Counted from the stretch's first letter, positions 20,528-30,062 are shown. The stretch: 64,000 nt of DNA from Bdellovibrionales bacterium (GCA_027317865.1 DAHVQG010000004.1:100399-164398); one strand, 5' to 3'. Numbers and translations are program-made. Notes: generated from the sequence alone by a model not told the origin.

Positions 20528-22990
20528 TCAACGGCTCCGCTTTTTCATCGTGACACCGTCGGCGACCAACTCGTTCTGCTGTTTAACCGCAATCAATTTA
20601 CCGTCTCGCATGTGTGGATATTCCATTCGCTGGTGATACATCGCGAGCAAAATTTGCTTGAACGTATCTTTGATCGTCGCTAAGTCACGTATCGACAGGT
20701 TACATTCATCGAGTTGACCATCCATAAACCGGCTCTCGATAATGTTTTCAACAATGGAATTCAATCGGCTCTGCGTCGGCTCGTCGAGCGCACGTGCCGT
20801 GGCTTCAATGCCGTCAGCCAGCATGACGAGCGCCGCTTCTTTAAATTGAGGCTTTGGCCCCGGATAACGAAAATCGCTTTCTTCAACAGTGCCCGTTGTA
20901 TTTTCGTTTTGATCTTCGAGGGCACGGTTATAAAAATACGAAATGAGTGTTGTCCCGTGGTGCTGTAAAATTCCATCCACAATCGGCTTGCCGAGTTTAT
21001 GTGCAATTGCCATTTCGGCTCCGTCTTTTACATGAGCAACGAGAATTGTTTTGCTCATGTGCGGAGACACTTGATCATGCGGGTTATGGCCCGGCCTTTG
21101 GTTTTCGACGAAATACTGCGCGTGCTCCATCTTGCCGATGTCGTGATAGAAGGCCATGACTTTGGCAAGTAGCGGATTGGCACCAATTTCTTTGGCGGCC
21201 GCGTCCACCATATTGCCAACATTCATGGCGTGATGATAAGTCCCCGGCGCTTTCATCATAAGCTCTTGCATGATGGGATGATTGAGATTTCCGAGTTCAA
21301 GCAATTTGATGTCGGTTGTTACATTAAAAAGCGATTCTAAGAGCGGCAAAAATGTCATGGCGACGAACGACGATAGCACTCCGCCACAAAAGCCCGCAGC
21401 TCCGCAAATACCCGCCCCCCAAAAAACGTGTTTGTTGGCCATCTCTTGCATCGTGAAAATAAGGAGCGATGACAGCGCACCAACTAAACCCGTACGCAGG
21501 CCAGCCATATAAATGTCGTTGCGCTTTTTGCAGCCAAACACGCCTTGCGCCGCCGCGATACCGCTGATCAACGTGACCAGAAAAACTCCCAAGTTGAGAT
21601 CTAACATGACGGCTAAAACCGTCGAGAGAAACACAGTAAAAATCCATACGATTTCAGTCGAATTAACGAGTAGACCCACAAGCATCGGACCGGCTACTGC
21701 GGGAGCGGCAACCTGAAAAGCAAAGTCCGGAATTTTACTGAATCGATCGGCCAGACTGGCATCCATAACGTACAGAAACAAGCGGGCCAAAATGACAACC
21801 AAAACCGTCACGACACCCATGATCAGAATGTCTTTGGATTCAATCTTAATTTTATCTCGCGAATACCGGCGCAAAAAGGATATAAATGTAATTGTCAATA
21901 AGACGAACAAAAGTGCGGAGAAAAGCGCTAGAAAATCGACCCTGCGGGCGGCTTCTTTGCTACGAATTGCATTCAAAATCGATAAATGGACCGGATCGAT
22001 AGTCGTGCCCTTGCTCACCACGACTTGATTTTTCTTAATTGAAATTTGAACCGGCAGGACGCTATCCCACGCCTTTTTTTGACGTTCTTCGAAATCTTGT
22101 TTGTTGAGCGTGAGGTTCGGTAACAAAAGGCTATGCGCAAGAAGTGTTACGTTGTATCTCGACTGCTCGTTCAATTCCGCAAAACCGCGCACGCCGTCGA
22201 GAGGGAATTGCGTCATGTCTTGCATATTTTTGATGGCATCCATTTTCATGAGCATTTCATGGCCGTTGCCATTTGGGGTCAGTTCGCGAATAATCACCTG
22301 CCGATCCGAATTTCGAAGGGTCGGGTCCACAATATCGGCTATCTTTTCGTTCGCCCATTGCGACACAACACGGATCAATATGTTTTCAATCTCAACGTTA
22401 AATCTCTGTTCAACCAACCACTCGAAAATATGAGTGGGCACTTTCACCTGGAGTGCATTCATAAATTCAGGCTTGAAGCGCATAAATTTTCTGACCTTCA
22501 TGGCCCGTGCAAAATCTGAGCGCGGCCAATACGTCTGATCCACTCGAATCCGCATAATCCGAAACGCTTTGTATATACGGTTATAAACTGGGTCATAAGC
22601 GTCGTATTGATAATCAAATAAAACCGGTTGTGATTTCTCGGCCGCCAGCCGCTTTTCTTCAGTGGCGGCTTGGTCTACGATTGTGACGTTCATCGGAGAC
22701 CGAATGTCCGTCTTTGCTACGTCACCGACTGAAAAATGTCCGATGGTTTGAAAATCACTGAACATCAAAAGTGAGAGCGCCAGCGCGAATAAAAAAAACA
22801 AAAGAACACGCCGGAGATCAAATTTTCGATCGAGGTAGTAGGCTAAGCGTCCTAAAAAGCTCTTTTCAAAACCAAGCTGATTGACCCAATTCAAAAAATG
22901 CAACGACGGATCAACGTATTGTGTGCGAAGCCGAACTTCTTCGGCTGATGCCCGTGATTTTTTCGAACCGCGCCCTTCCAAAAACGACAT
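20528..22990 (-). CDS. 7TM-HD (HDIG) membrane phosphohydrolase, PgpH-like
   Basis: Extracytoplasmic domain, multi-TM block, APGTYHH, YHDIGK, QHHGT, FRYPGPKPQ, MLAD. Confidence 0.9.
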   Translation of the reverse strand: MSFLEGRGSKKSRASAEEVRLRTQYVDPSLHFLNWVNQLGFEKSFLGRLAYYLDRKFDLRRVLLFFLFALALSLLMFSDFQTIGHFSVGDVAKTDIRSPMNVTIVDQAATEEKRLAAEKSQPVLFDYQYDAYDPVYNRIYKAFRIMRIRVDQTYWPRSDFARAMKVRKFMRFKPEFMNALQVKVPTHIFEWLVEQRFNVEIENILIRVVSQWANEKIADIVDPTLRNSDRQVIIRELTPNGNGHEMLMKMDAIKNMQDMTQFPLDGVRGFAELNEQSRYNVTLLAHSLLLPNLTLNKQDFEERQKKAWDSVLPVQISIKKNQVVVSKGTTIDPVHLSILNAIRSKEAARRVDFLALFSALLFVLLTITFISFLRRYSRDKIKIESKDILIMGVVTVLVVILARLFLYVMDASLADRFSKIPDFAFQVAAPAVAGPMLVGLLVNSTEIVWIFTVFLSTVLAVMLDLNLGVFLVTLISGIAAAQGVFGCKKRNDIYMAGLRTGLVGALSSLLIFTMQEMANKHVFWGAGICGAAGFCGGVLSSFVAMTFLPLLESLFNVTTDIKLLELGNLNHPIMQELMMKAPGTYHHAMNVGNMVDAAAKEIGANPLLAKVMAFYHDIGKMEHAQYFVENQRPGHNPHDQVSPHMSKTILVAHVKDGAEMAIAHKLGKPIVDGILQHHGTTLISYFYNRALEDQNENTTGTVEESDFRYPGPKPQFKEAALVMLADGIEATARALDEPTQSRLNSIVENIIESRFMDGQLDECNLSIRDLATIKDTFKQILLAMYHQRMEYPHMRDGKLIAVKQQNELVADGVTMKKRSR

Positions 22991-23119
22991 TGAGTTAACA
23001 ATCCTCCAGAGTCTTTATCGGATTTTAAACCATTTAACCGTATAATCTCGTAGATTTAGTTGATGATTGGACATTTGTCGAATAAGTGAATTTGATATCA
23101 AACGCACCTGGAGGTAAAA

Positions 23120-23950
23120 ATGCCTGTTGCGCCTAAAAACACTCGATCTTTTGCGTCCTTAGTCGAGGTTGTCGCTGCGTTGCGCGGACCTGATGGCTGC
23201 CCCTGGGATAAAGAACAAACTCATTCGACACTGACTCAATACGCGATTGAAGAAGCATTCGAGTTAGCCGAAGCCATTGATAGCGGCGACCAAAAGGCGA
23301 TTATCGAAGAGCTCGGCGATTTGCTTTTACAAGTTGTTTTGCACTCTGAAATCGCCCGGCAAAACGGGTCATTCACTCTCGACGACGTCATACAGAGCAT
23401 TACTGAAAAAATGATCCGGCGTCACCCGCACGTATTTGGCGACATGAAAGTTTCAGGGAGCTCCGACGTTCTCAAGAATTGGATCAAAATTAAAGATCAA
23501 GAAAAGGCGGGCACAAACCGCACAGAAATGGTAACGACCGGCCTCGGATCAATTCCGGTTAACATGCCGGCTTTAATTCGCGCGCAAAAAATCGGCGACA
23601 AGACAGTTCGACGCGGTTTTGATTGGTCCACCCCCGCTGAAGTTTTTAATAAAGTCGAAGAAGAAATTAACGAACTTCGGCACGCAATCGAAGTCCACGA
23701 TGTAATAAACGAGCAAGAAGAATTAGGTGACGTATTGTTCACCGTTGTGCAACTTGCGCGTCATTTGAATTTCGATGCCGAGCAAGCGTTACGCCAATCG
23801 AATCGTAAATTTGAATCGCGTTTTCAAAAAATGTGCGAATTGATTCATCAAGACGGTAAGAACTTTTCTGATTTATCGGTCGACGAACTTGAGAACTACT
23901 GGAAAAGCGCAAAAGATCAATTGGGGCGCCTATTGACTCCGATCAAGTAA
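23120..23950 (+). CDS. mazG: Nucleoside triphosphate pyrophosphohydrolase MazG
   Basis: GCPWDKEQT, EELGDLLLQ, RRHPHVF, second EELGD. Confidence 0.95.
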   Translation: MPVAPKNTRSFASLVEVVAALRGPDGCPWDKEQTHSTLTQYAIEEAFELAEAIDSGDQKAIIEELGDLLLQVVLHSEIARQNGSFTLDDVIQSITEKMIRRHPHVFGDMKVSGSSDVLKNWIKIKDQEKAGTNRTEMVTTGLGSIPVNMPALIRAQKIGDKTVRRGFDWSTPAEVFNKVEEEINELRHAIEVHDVINEQEELGDVLFTVVQLARHLNFDAEQALRQSNRKFESRFQKMCELIHQDGKNFSDLSVDELENYWKSAKDQLGRLLTPIK

Positions 23951-24513
23951 ATTTCGAAACTTTCTTTTCTAACACCCTTGGGTCGAAAAAGATGGTGGGA
24001 TTGAAACCGCGACTTTGTTGCTAATTCGACTTGCTTGGCACCGCCCCCCATGAACAATTTCATGACGACGTGCCCGCCCGGGCGAAGAAGCTCATCGGTC
24101 AATTCCAAAACTTTCATGCATAGTTCTTCGGAACGCGTTTGATCCGTAATTGCGCTACCCGTTGTTTGCGGAGCCATGTCGCTCAATATGACGTCATACG
24201 GAGCTTCAATGAACTGTTCTTTTGGAGTTGTAAAAATGTCGCTCACCAAAAATTGCGCGTTATTCGCTCGCAAACCCGCTGCTGACAAATCCACCGGTTT
24301 TAGATCAATGCCACGAAGAAATCCTTTAGGTCCCAAAATTTTCAGTGCAACTTGACTCCACGAGCCAGGCGCGCAGCCCAAATCTAACACCTTCGCGCCG
24401 ACACGGATGACGCGCCAACGCTTCTGAATTTCATCGAGCTTATAGGCGGACCGCGCCAAATAGCCCTCTTTTTTAGCCATCTTAAAATAATGATCTTGCG
24501 GATTGTACGCCAT
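23917..24513 (-). CDS. rlmE: 23S rRNA Um2552 methyltransferase RlmE/FtsJ
   Basis: ARSAYKL, DLGCAPGSW, SDMAP, K-D-K-E tetrad; likely start ATG 24513. Confidence 0.93.
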   Translation of the reverse strand: MAYNPQDHYFKMAKKEGYLARSAYKLDEIQKRWRVIRVGAKVLDLGCAPGSWSQVALKILGPKGFLRGIDLKPVDLSAAGLRANNAQFLVSDIFTTPKEQFIEAPYDVILSDMAPQTTGSAITDQTRSEELCMKVLELTDELLRPGGHVVMKLFMGGGAKQVELATKSRFQSHHLFRPKGVRKESFEIYLIGVNRRPN

Positions 24514-24597
24514 TGTGATTTTAAATCCCAACTTCACAAGCAATTAAGGAGCACGTGAGCCGTGAACTCACATAGCTCACGCTCGAAGGAGCCCTGT

Positions 24598-25806
24598 ATG
24601 CCCACTCGAATTCTTATTTCTATTTGTATCGTGACCTCGTTCGCGACTCAAGCGCGAGCATGGGGTGAACGCGGACATTTTATCATTGGTTACACTGCCG
24701 CACGCTTGTTCGAAACGCAACCCACACCCGTAGAACAAAAAAAATTGGGGATATTTTTTACGAGCCGTACCCTAATGCTCGGGCTACTCTCACAAATTCC
24801 CGATATAGAATGGAAAGACCCTCGCTACCCTCAAATTGTAAAAGAAAACGACCCCTGCCATTACTTCGATACCGAATACGTGTTGGGGTTACCGAAAAAT
24901 CTACGCTCTTATCTTACTAAAATTCGCAATCTCCAACCTAATTTACCCAAATTCGTAAAAGAATATATCGGTAAACCCAGCCGGGTAAATCCGTCGAAGA
25001 CCATAACTTTTTCAAGCCTCGGGAGCGCACCCTTTCGCACTCAGCAACTGTTTCAAATGATGGTCTCGGCATTTCGTTGCGCAAGCTCCAAAAAACCTTT
25101 AACAGCCAAACAACGTCGATGGGCGGCATTGCACTTTCGCAACCCACTTAGGAGCGGATATTACAAATGCTCGAAAAATTCCTCTCGGCTTGAAGATTTA
25201 GCCGCCGCAATTGAAATTGGCGGCGTCATGTCGCATTTTATCGGTGATTTAACACAACCTTTTCACGTCACAGCTGATTACAACGGATGGGGCACTGGCC
25301 ATGGCGGAATCCATGCCTATTTTGAAAGTAATGTTTTACACTATCTCGACGAGAACCTCGGGGCCGATGTGCTTCGCGACGCAGAAAATCCCGCACGCCA
25401 GCGGCAAATTATGAAACAGTTGAGACTTACAAAGTTTTCTGGAGTGCCCATTCCAACAATTATGTTTCATTTGATTGCCGACTCTTATTCAAAACGCCAA
25501 GAATTTTTGGATGCCGACAGCCGTTCCGCACTTTTAAAACCAAGCACAATTTGCCGGGTCGGTTACAGATGTCCGCCTCATTCTCATTTAGCGGTACGGC
25601 GTGATTTTCGAAACCCTAAAGTTCAAGCCGCGTTTCGCCCAATCATTGTTGAACGGCTTACGGTTGCCGCGTACGTGGTTTATAAAATTTGGCATTTGGC
25701 GTGGGTTGAAGGGGGCAGGCCAGATGTTCACAACATAAAATCTTACGCTATGCCATACCCGCTCAAAGTGCCGTTTATCCGCCTGTCACCGCTCTTAAAA
25801 AAATAA
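24598..25806 (+). CDS. Secreted zinc hydrolase of the S1/P1 nuclease - phospholipase C superfamily
   Basis: Signal peptide ending ARA|WGERGH (N-terminal Trp/His Zn ligands), HYFD, SHFIGDLTQPFH, GIHAYFE; SD GAAGGAG before ATG 24598. Confidence 0.8.
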   Translation: MPTRILISICIVTSFATQARAWGERGHFIIGYTAARLFETQPTPVEQKKLGIFFTSRTLMLGLLSQIPDIEWKDPRYPQIVKENDPCHYFDTEYVLGLPKNLRSYLTKIRNLQPNLPKFVKEYIGKPSRVNPSKTITFSSLGSAPFRTQQLFQMMVSAFRCASSKKPLTAKQRRWAALHFRNPLRSGYYKCSKNSSRLEDLAAAIEIGGVMSHFIGDLTQPFHVTADYNGWGTGHGGIHAYFESNVLHYLDENLGADVLRDAENPARQRQIMKQLRLTKFSGVPIPTIMFHLIADSYSKRQEFLDADSRSALLKPSTICRVGYRCPPHSHLAVRRDFRNPKVQAAFRPIIVERLTVAAYVVYKIWHLAWVEGGRPDVHNIKSYAMPYPLKVPFIRLSPLLKK

Positions 25807-25828
25807 TTGCGCAGAAGAATACTGCACG

Positions 25829-26461
25829 TCAGGCGGCGATCCACATTTCCAAATTTTTTTCATCATTTATGCTCTGGAGCGGCAAAATACAAAGCCGGTG
25901 TCGCTCGTTCATTGGTTGGTCGGCAATTAGACAGCACATCAACTCAATTTGCTGTTTACTGTTGGGCTTTGCAATCCGAACTTTGAAGTGCCCGGCAACC
26001 CACTCAGGCACATTTTCATCGAGATTCATCCCCCCGACCGAAATATCTTTCGTGAAGGTTCGAAAAATACGGCTGCCTGATAGAATTGTAATCTGCATTC
26101 TCTTTTTATACCGTTTTTTATTACGGACGACGAAATCAGATGTCAGGACGGCAATAGCTTCGTTAGTTGCCGTTTGTCGAAACTGCGGTTCATCTAACGG
26201 CGCCAACGACGACTCTTCTGTTCCTTTGGGAGGGGGCGGCGGAGAAACCGACGGCACACGATAAATCATCTCGGTTAACCCATCGACCTGATTGACGGGT
26301 CTCCAGTCCGGCCATTCGTCTTTCCATGCAAACCAATTTTCAAGTTGTGAAGTATCTAAATTTGAAATAAACGCGCGAGCTTCGTCAAACAAGAGACCCT
26401 CTATAATTCGGCCATCAAGCTTTCGGAACAAACACCATAAATGAGGTTTTCTTTCAGACAT
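25829..26461 (-). CDS. GYF_2(DUF4339)-like domain + Pro-rich linker + PilZ domain protein
   Basis: AWKDEWPDWRPV; PilZ motifs RNKKR and DISVGG intact. Confidence 0.8.
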   Translation of the reverse strand: MSERKPHLWCLFRKLDGRIIEGLLFDEARAFISNLDTSQLENWFAWKDEWPDWRPVNQVDGLTEMIYRVPSVSPPPPPKGTEESSLAPLDEPQFRQTATNEAIAVLTSDFVVRNKKRYKKRMQITILSGSRIFRTFTKDISVGGMNLDENVPEWVAGHFKVRIAKPNSKQQIELMCCLIADQPMNERHRLCILPLQSINDEKNLEMWIAA

Positions 26462-26476
26462 TTCGCTCTCACTTAT

Positions 26477-27397
26477 TCAAAAACACGACCGAGACACATA
26501 CCCACGCTTGCTCCCGACCTGAACCTCAACCCAGCCGTTAATCACTTGATAAAGTGCGTAGCGGTGCCCTCTATAAATTTCACCGATTTTATTGGCACCA
26601 CCGTCAGCCTGCGCCAGCACATCGCAGTTATACTTTGGTGCGCGCGCAATGACTTCTGTGGGAATTGAACTGACTTGCCGTTGTATTTGATTTCGCGCCG
26701 TCCGCATTTTGTTTTTTGCTTCATCCGCACGAAATGCTTTTTCACGCAACACTCGAAGCTGGTCATTTAGCACCTTTTGCTTGCGCCTCAATTGGATGAT
26801 GTCTCTGGCGATTGCTTCGGTTTGCACTTTGTCCTGCTCAACCGTATTTTGAAGTTTCAAATTTTCACTTCTCTGCTGCGCAAGCTTTTGCGCGAGGTTT
26901 GTCTTCTGTGTCTTAGCCATCTGCAATTCGGAATTTGTGATTTTAAGTCTCGTCTTCGTCGCAGAGACCTTTGCCTCAATCTCAGCAACCCATTTCTTTG
27001 AGACTTCTATTTGATGCTTGTAGAGACGCTCCATTCTTCGCTCTTGTGCGATTTGCCGGTCATAAATGCCGATCTGCCGCTTAGCAATGGCTTGCTTGAT
27101 TTTAGCTTCATGTATTTGACGTATAGCCTGTAGGCGTAACTTTTCTTCGGCGAGCTTTTCTTCATGGTCTTGGCGTCGAAGTTGTGCGGCTTCCGTTCGC
27201 GCCTGAATAGAATTAGAAATCACGGAATCGACGTCACTCTCGACATCGTTGACGCTTTCAGCATGAGCCCGCTCAATACAAAAGCCGGTCACCGCTTCAC
27301 CGGACAAAAGTGGAGATGTGAAGCCCGCAAAAACTAACCCGACTAATAGCAATAGCGCTCGAACAAGTTGATGTTTAGACGGCAATCCAATCTTCAT
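26477..27397 (-). CDS. Exported long coiled-coil protein with C-terminal SH3-like domain
   Basis: N-terminal hydrophobic segment, ~190-aa heptad-like region, NGWVEVQVGSKRGYVS end. Confidence 0.7.
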   Translation of the reverse strand: MKIGLPSKHQLVRALLLLVGLVFAGFTSPLLSGEAVTGFCIERAHAESVNDVESDVDSVISNSIQARTEAAQLRRQDHEEKLAEEKLRLQAIRQIHEAKIKQAIAKRQIGIYDRQIAQERRMERLYKHQIEVSKKWVAEIEAKVSATKTRLKITNSELQMAKTQKTNLAQKLAQQRSENLKLQNTVEQDKVQTEAIARDIIQLRRKQKVLNDQLRVLREKAFRADEAKNKMRTARNQIQRQVSSIPTEVIARAPKYNCDVLAQADGGANKIGEIYRGHRYALYQVINGWVEVQVGSKRGYVSRSCF

Positions 27398-27413
27398 AGT
27401 TCACTCCAACTTC

Positions 27414-27440
27414 ATATCGGCAGTTTCATTTAAATGTATA
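27414..27440 (-). promoter_or_regulatory. Putative sigma28 (FliA) promoter TATA-N15-GCCGATAT
   Basis: Near-consensus -10 with correct 15-nt spacing, 16 nt upstream of ATG 27397. Confidence 0.55.
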
Positions 27441-27552
27441 AATTTCAGGACCATACCCATTTTAGCACCTGCATCAATGTGTAGTTCCAGATTGGAGTTA
27501 ACTTTATCTGCAATATAAAAGGAGCTGATGGCAAATTTGCGCGGCCTAGACT

Positions 27553-27570
27553 TTGGCATAGGGATTGCTA
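27553..27570 (+). promoter_or_regulatory. Sigma54 -24/-12 promoter TTGGCATAGGGATTGCTA
   Basis: GG(27555-6)-N10-GC(27567-8) with TGGCA and TTGC flanks; predicted +1 near 27580. Confidence 0.8.
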
Positions 27571-27579
27571 CATGTTCTA

Positions 27580-27633
27580 AGCATCCCCCCTTGGCGGCCT
27601 GGCCCCCCTTACCCTCCAGGTCGCTTTTTTTTT
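27580..27633 (+). ncRNA. Candidate ~54-nt sigma54-dependent small RNA with C-rich 5' arm and C-rich terminator loop
   Basis: Bounded by the sigma54 promoter and an intrinsic terminator; no credible ORF; the downstream amidase has its own -10 box. Confidence 0.6.
27594..27633 (+). terminator. Rho-independent terminator
   Basis: Stem GCGGCCTGG/CCAGGTCGC, 13-nt loop CCCCCCTTACCCT, T9 tail. Confidence 0.8.
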
Positions 27634-27658
27634 GCCCAAAATCGTTTAACCTGAATGT

Positions 27659-28417
27659 ATGCTTTCGTTTTTTGGGCTTTTATTTTTTCTGCCGGCCGCG
27701 TTTGCGTTTCAAGTGTTTTTAGATGCGGGACATGGCGGTCAAGATCGAGGCGCCAGTTACGGAAAAATCGTCGAAAAAACGATTGCTTTAAGCGTCACCA
27801 AACGGGTCGGCCAATTGTTGGAACAGCACTCGGGGATTCAAGTCACGTACAGCCGAACAACGGACGTGTACCGGTCGCTTCAGCAAAGAGTCAGTATGGC
27901 AAACAAGGATCACCCAAATCTTTTTTTGAGTATTCATGTAAACGCATCGCCCGATCGCCGGGCTTGTGGACCCGATATTTATTTTCAGAACGTTTTAGAT
28001 CCTGACCAAGAAACTTTGTTTTTGGCTAACCTCGAAAATCAAAATCTTCGTGACGCGAGCAATTCTCGCCCCTCTGAACACTATGTCAAAGATCCCGATG
28101 TAAACGCTATCATCGATGATCTGGAACGCGACCATCGCATACAGTTGAGCAGTATTTTTTCAGAGGATCTCCGCAAATATTGGGACGGCGATTACGCTGT
28201 TAGCAGTAGCCAAGATATCCGGCAAGCCCCGTTTTATGTGATTAGCAACGTCAATGCTCCAGCCGCATTGCTCGAACTCGGCTATTTGACCAACCCGATC
28301 GAAGGTCCCTTGCTCACTAAAGCCGCGTACCAAAACAAAATTGCCAAAGGTATAGTCAACGCCATAATCAAATACAAAGATGTCGTGGACAAGCGCTCAC
28401 AACAAAGCCTAGATTAA
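27659..28417 (+). CDS. N-acetylmuramoyl-L-alanine amidase (Amidase_3)
   Basis: Signal peptide, LDAGHGGQDRGA, SIHVNA, LLELGYLTN. Confidence 0.93.
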   Translation: MLSFFGLLFFLPAAFAFQVFLDAGHGGQDRGASYGKIVEKTIALSVTKRVGQLLEQHSGIQVTYSRTTDVYRSLQQRVSMANKDHPNLFLSIHVNASPDRRACGPDIYFQNVLDPDQETLFLANLENQNLRDASNSRPSEHYVKDPDVNAIIDDLERDHRIQLSSIFSEDLRKYWDGDYAVSSSQDIRQAPFYVISNVNAPAALLELGYLTNPIEGPLLTKAAYQNKIAKGIVNAIIKYKDVVDKRSQQSLD

Positions 28418-28421
28418 CGAC

Positions 28422-29150
28422 ATGCGCGCCGAAAATCGCCCTTACAATTCAATTCGAAAACTTGAAATAATCCCTCATGTCCTTCGTTATGCAGAAGGAA
28501 GCGTGCGGATTCATTTAGGGGAAACCCAATTAATCTGCTCAGCCACAGTGGAACCTAATATACCTAAGTGGTTAATGGGTCAGGGCAGCGGCTGGATTAC
28601 GGCCGAATACGGCATGTTGCCGCGTTCGACCCACACGCGAATCCAACGCGAAAAAGCGATGGCTGGCGGGCGAGCGCAAGAAATTTCACGGCTAATTGGG
28701 CGCGCACTTCGCGCCGGTTTTGATCTCAAGGCTCTAGGCGAAAGACAAATCACGGTTGATTGTGATGTATTACAGGCCGACGGCGGTACGCGAACTGCCG
28801 CCGTATCAGGTGGGTTTGTGGCCGTATGTCTTGCGCTCCAGTTTTTGATGCAGCAAAACCAACTCAAACAACTCCCGATCAAAAGTTATATCGCGGCAAT
28901 CAGCGCCGGGATTGGCCACGACGGATGTCTTCTCGATCTCGATTATGATGAAGATTCTAGCATTAAGACCGACATGAATTTTGTGATGAACGATCACAAC
29001 GAACTCGTTGAAATTCAAGGGACTGCCGAGGGTGGTACTTTTAGTTTGTCTCAGCTCAATCAGCTCCTTGAGCTTGCACAGCAGGGTTGCCAGCAAGTTT
29101 TTCGCGCTCAACAAAAAATTATTGGCGAGTTCTTCCCACTAAAACAGTAA
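28422..29150 (+). CDS. rph: Ribonuclease PH
   Basis: AEYGMLPRST, EISRLIGRALR, DVLQADGGTRTA, EIQGTAE. Confidence 0.97.
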   Translation: MRAENRPYNSIRKLEIIPHVLRYAEGSVRIHLGETQLICSATVEPNIPKWLMGQGSGWITAEYGMLPRSTHTRIQREKAMAGGRAQEISRLIGRALRAGFDLKALGERQITVDCDVLQADGGTRTAAVSGGFVAVCLALQFLMQQNQLKQLPIKSYIAAISAGIGHDGCLLDLDYDEDSSIKTDMNFVMNDHNELVEIQGTAEGGTFSLSQLNQLLELAQQGCQQVFRAQQKIIGEFFPLKQ

Positions 29151-29172
29151 AAACTTAATCTTAAAAACGGGA

Positions 29173-29757
29173 ATGGCACTTATGGAACTATGGCTCGCCT
29201 CAAACAACCGCGGCAAACTCATTGAGTTTAAAACTCTGCTGCCAACACTCGACATTCATGCACAAAATGAATTGCCGGTATACAGTGCCCCCGTAGAAAA
29301 CGGTAAAACGTTTGAAGACAACGCGCGAATCAAAGCTCGATCACTCAAATCTGTTAAAACTGGCGTTTGGGTTGTAGGTGAAGACTCTGGGCTTGAGGTC
29401 AGCGGTTTAAACAATTTCCCGGGCATTTATTCAGCCCGTTATGCAGGCGACCATGCGAGCGATGCGGAAAATGTCGCAAAGCTTTTAAAAATGCTCAACT
29501 TGCGTTCCCCTCACAACCGAGCGGCACGATTTGTTTGCACAATTGTCGCTTATTCGCCCGAGGGGCAGGAATTCGTGATGACCGGAACTTTTGATGGCCA
29601 AATTTCTGAAAAGGTCAGGGGTAACGCCGGTTTTGGCTACGACCCGATTTTCATCCCCAATAATGAAACCCAAACACTGGCTGAACTGGGCATAACTCGC
29701 AAAAACCAAATTTCACATCGCGCAGCCGCGATTCGAAAACTGGCCGAGCTATTTTAG
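29173..29757 (+). CDS. rdgB: Non-canonical purine NTP pyrophosphatase (RdgB/HAM1)
   Basis: SNNRGK, EDSGL, GFGYDPIF, SHR. Confidence 0.95.
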   Translation: MALMELWLASNNRGKLIEFKTLLPTLDIHAQNELPVYSAPVENGKTFEDNARIKARSLKSVKTGVWVVGEDSGLEVSGLNNFPGIYSARYAGDHASDAENVAKLLKMLNLRSPHNRAARFVCTIVAYSPEGQEFVMTGTFDGQISEKVRGNAGFGYDPIFIPNNETQTLAELGITRKNQISHRAAAIRKLAELF

Positions 29758-30062
29758 CCCTCGAACTCCTTAAACCCGTCTACTGTCACGCACACAAACG
29801 GATCGAGCGAAGCATAGATCAAAAATTGGCGTTTGATTTTTTCTGAGGCCCCAACCAGAGCAAATCGCCCACCGCGTTGCCCCAGTTCAACTGCCGTCTT
29901 GTACAGCAATTGAATCATCGGCAAGGACATAAACTGTAGGCCTGAAACGTCATAGGCCACCTGATTGACATCAGCCACCGCAGATACCAGCTCAGCCTTC
30001 GCTTCAGCGAAATTAAATGCATCTATCCGCCCAGGAGCGGTCAAATAACTCCAACCCGCCAT
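29754..30062 (-). CDS. STAS domain protein (anti-sigma-factor antagonist-like)
   Basis: GRIDAFN, DVSGLQFMS, GGRFALVG; TATAAT 6 nt before the ATG. Confidence 0.7.
   Translation of the reverse strand: MAGWSYLTAPGRIDAFNFAEAKAELVSAVADVNQVAYDVSGLQFMSLPMIQLLYKTAVELGQRGGRFALVGASEKIKRQFLIYASLDPFVCVTVDGFKEFEG

Noticed and set aside
23120-23950. MazG as part of a toxin-antitoxin or anti-phage system
   Set aside because: Ordinary two-domain housekeeping MazG with no mazEF or defence genes adjacent
27528-27722. 64-aa ORF spanning the sigma54 promoter and terminator
   Set aside because: Runs through a T9 terminator and overlaps the amidase out of frame; atypical composition. It does have AAGGAG upstream, so it is not wholly excluded
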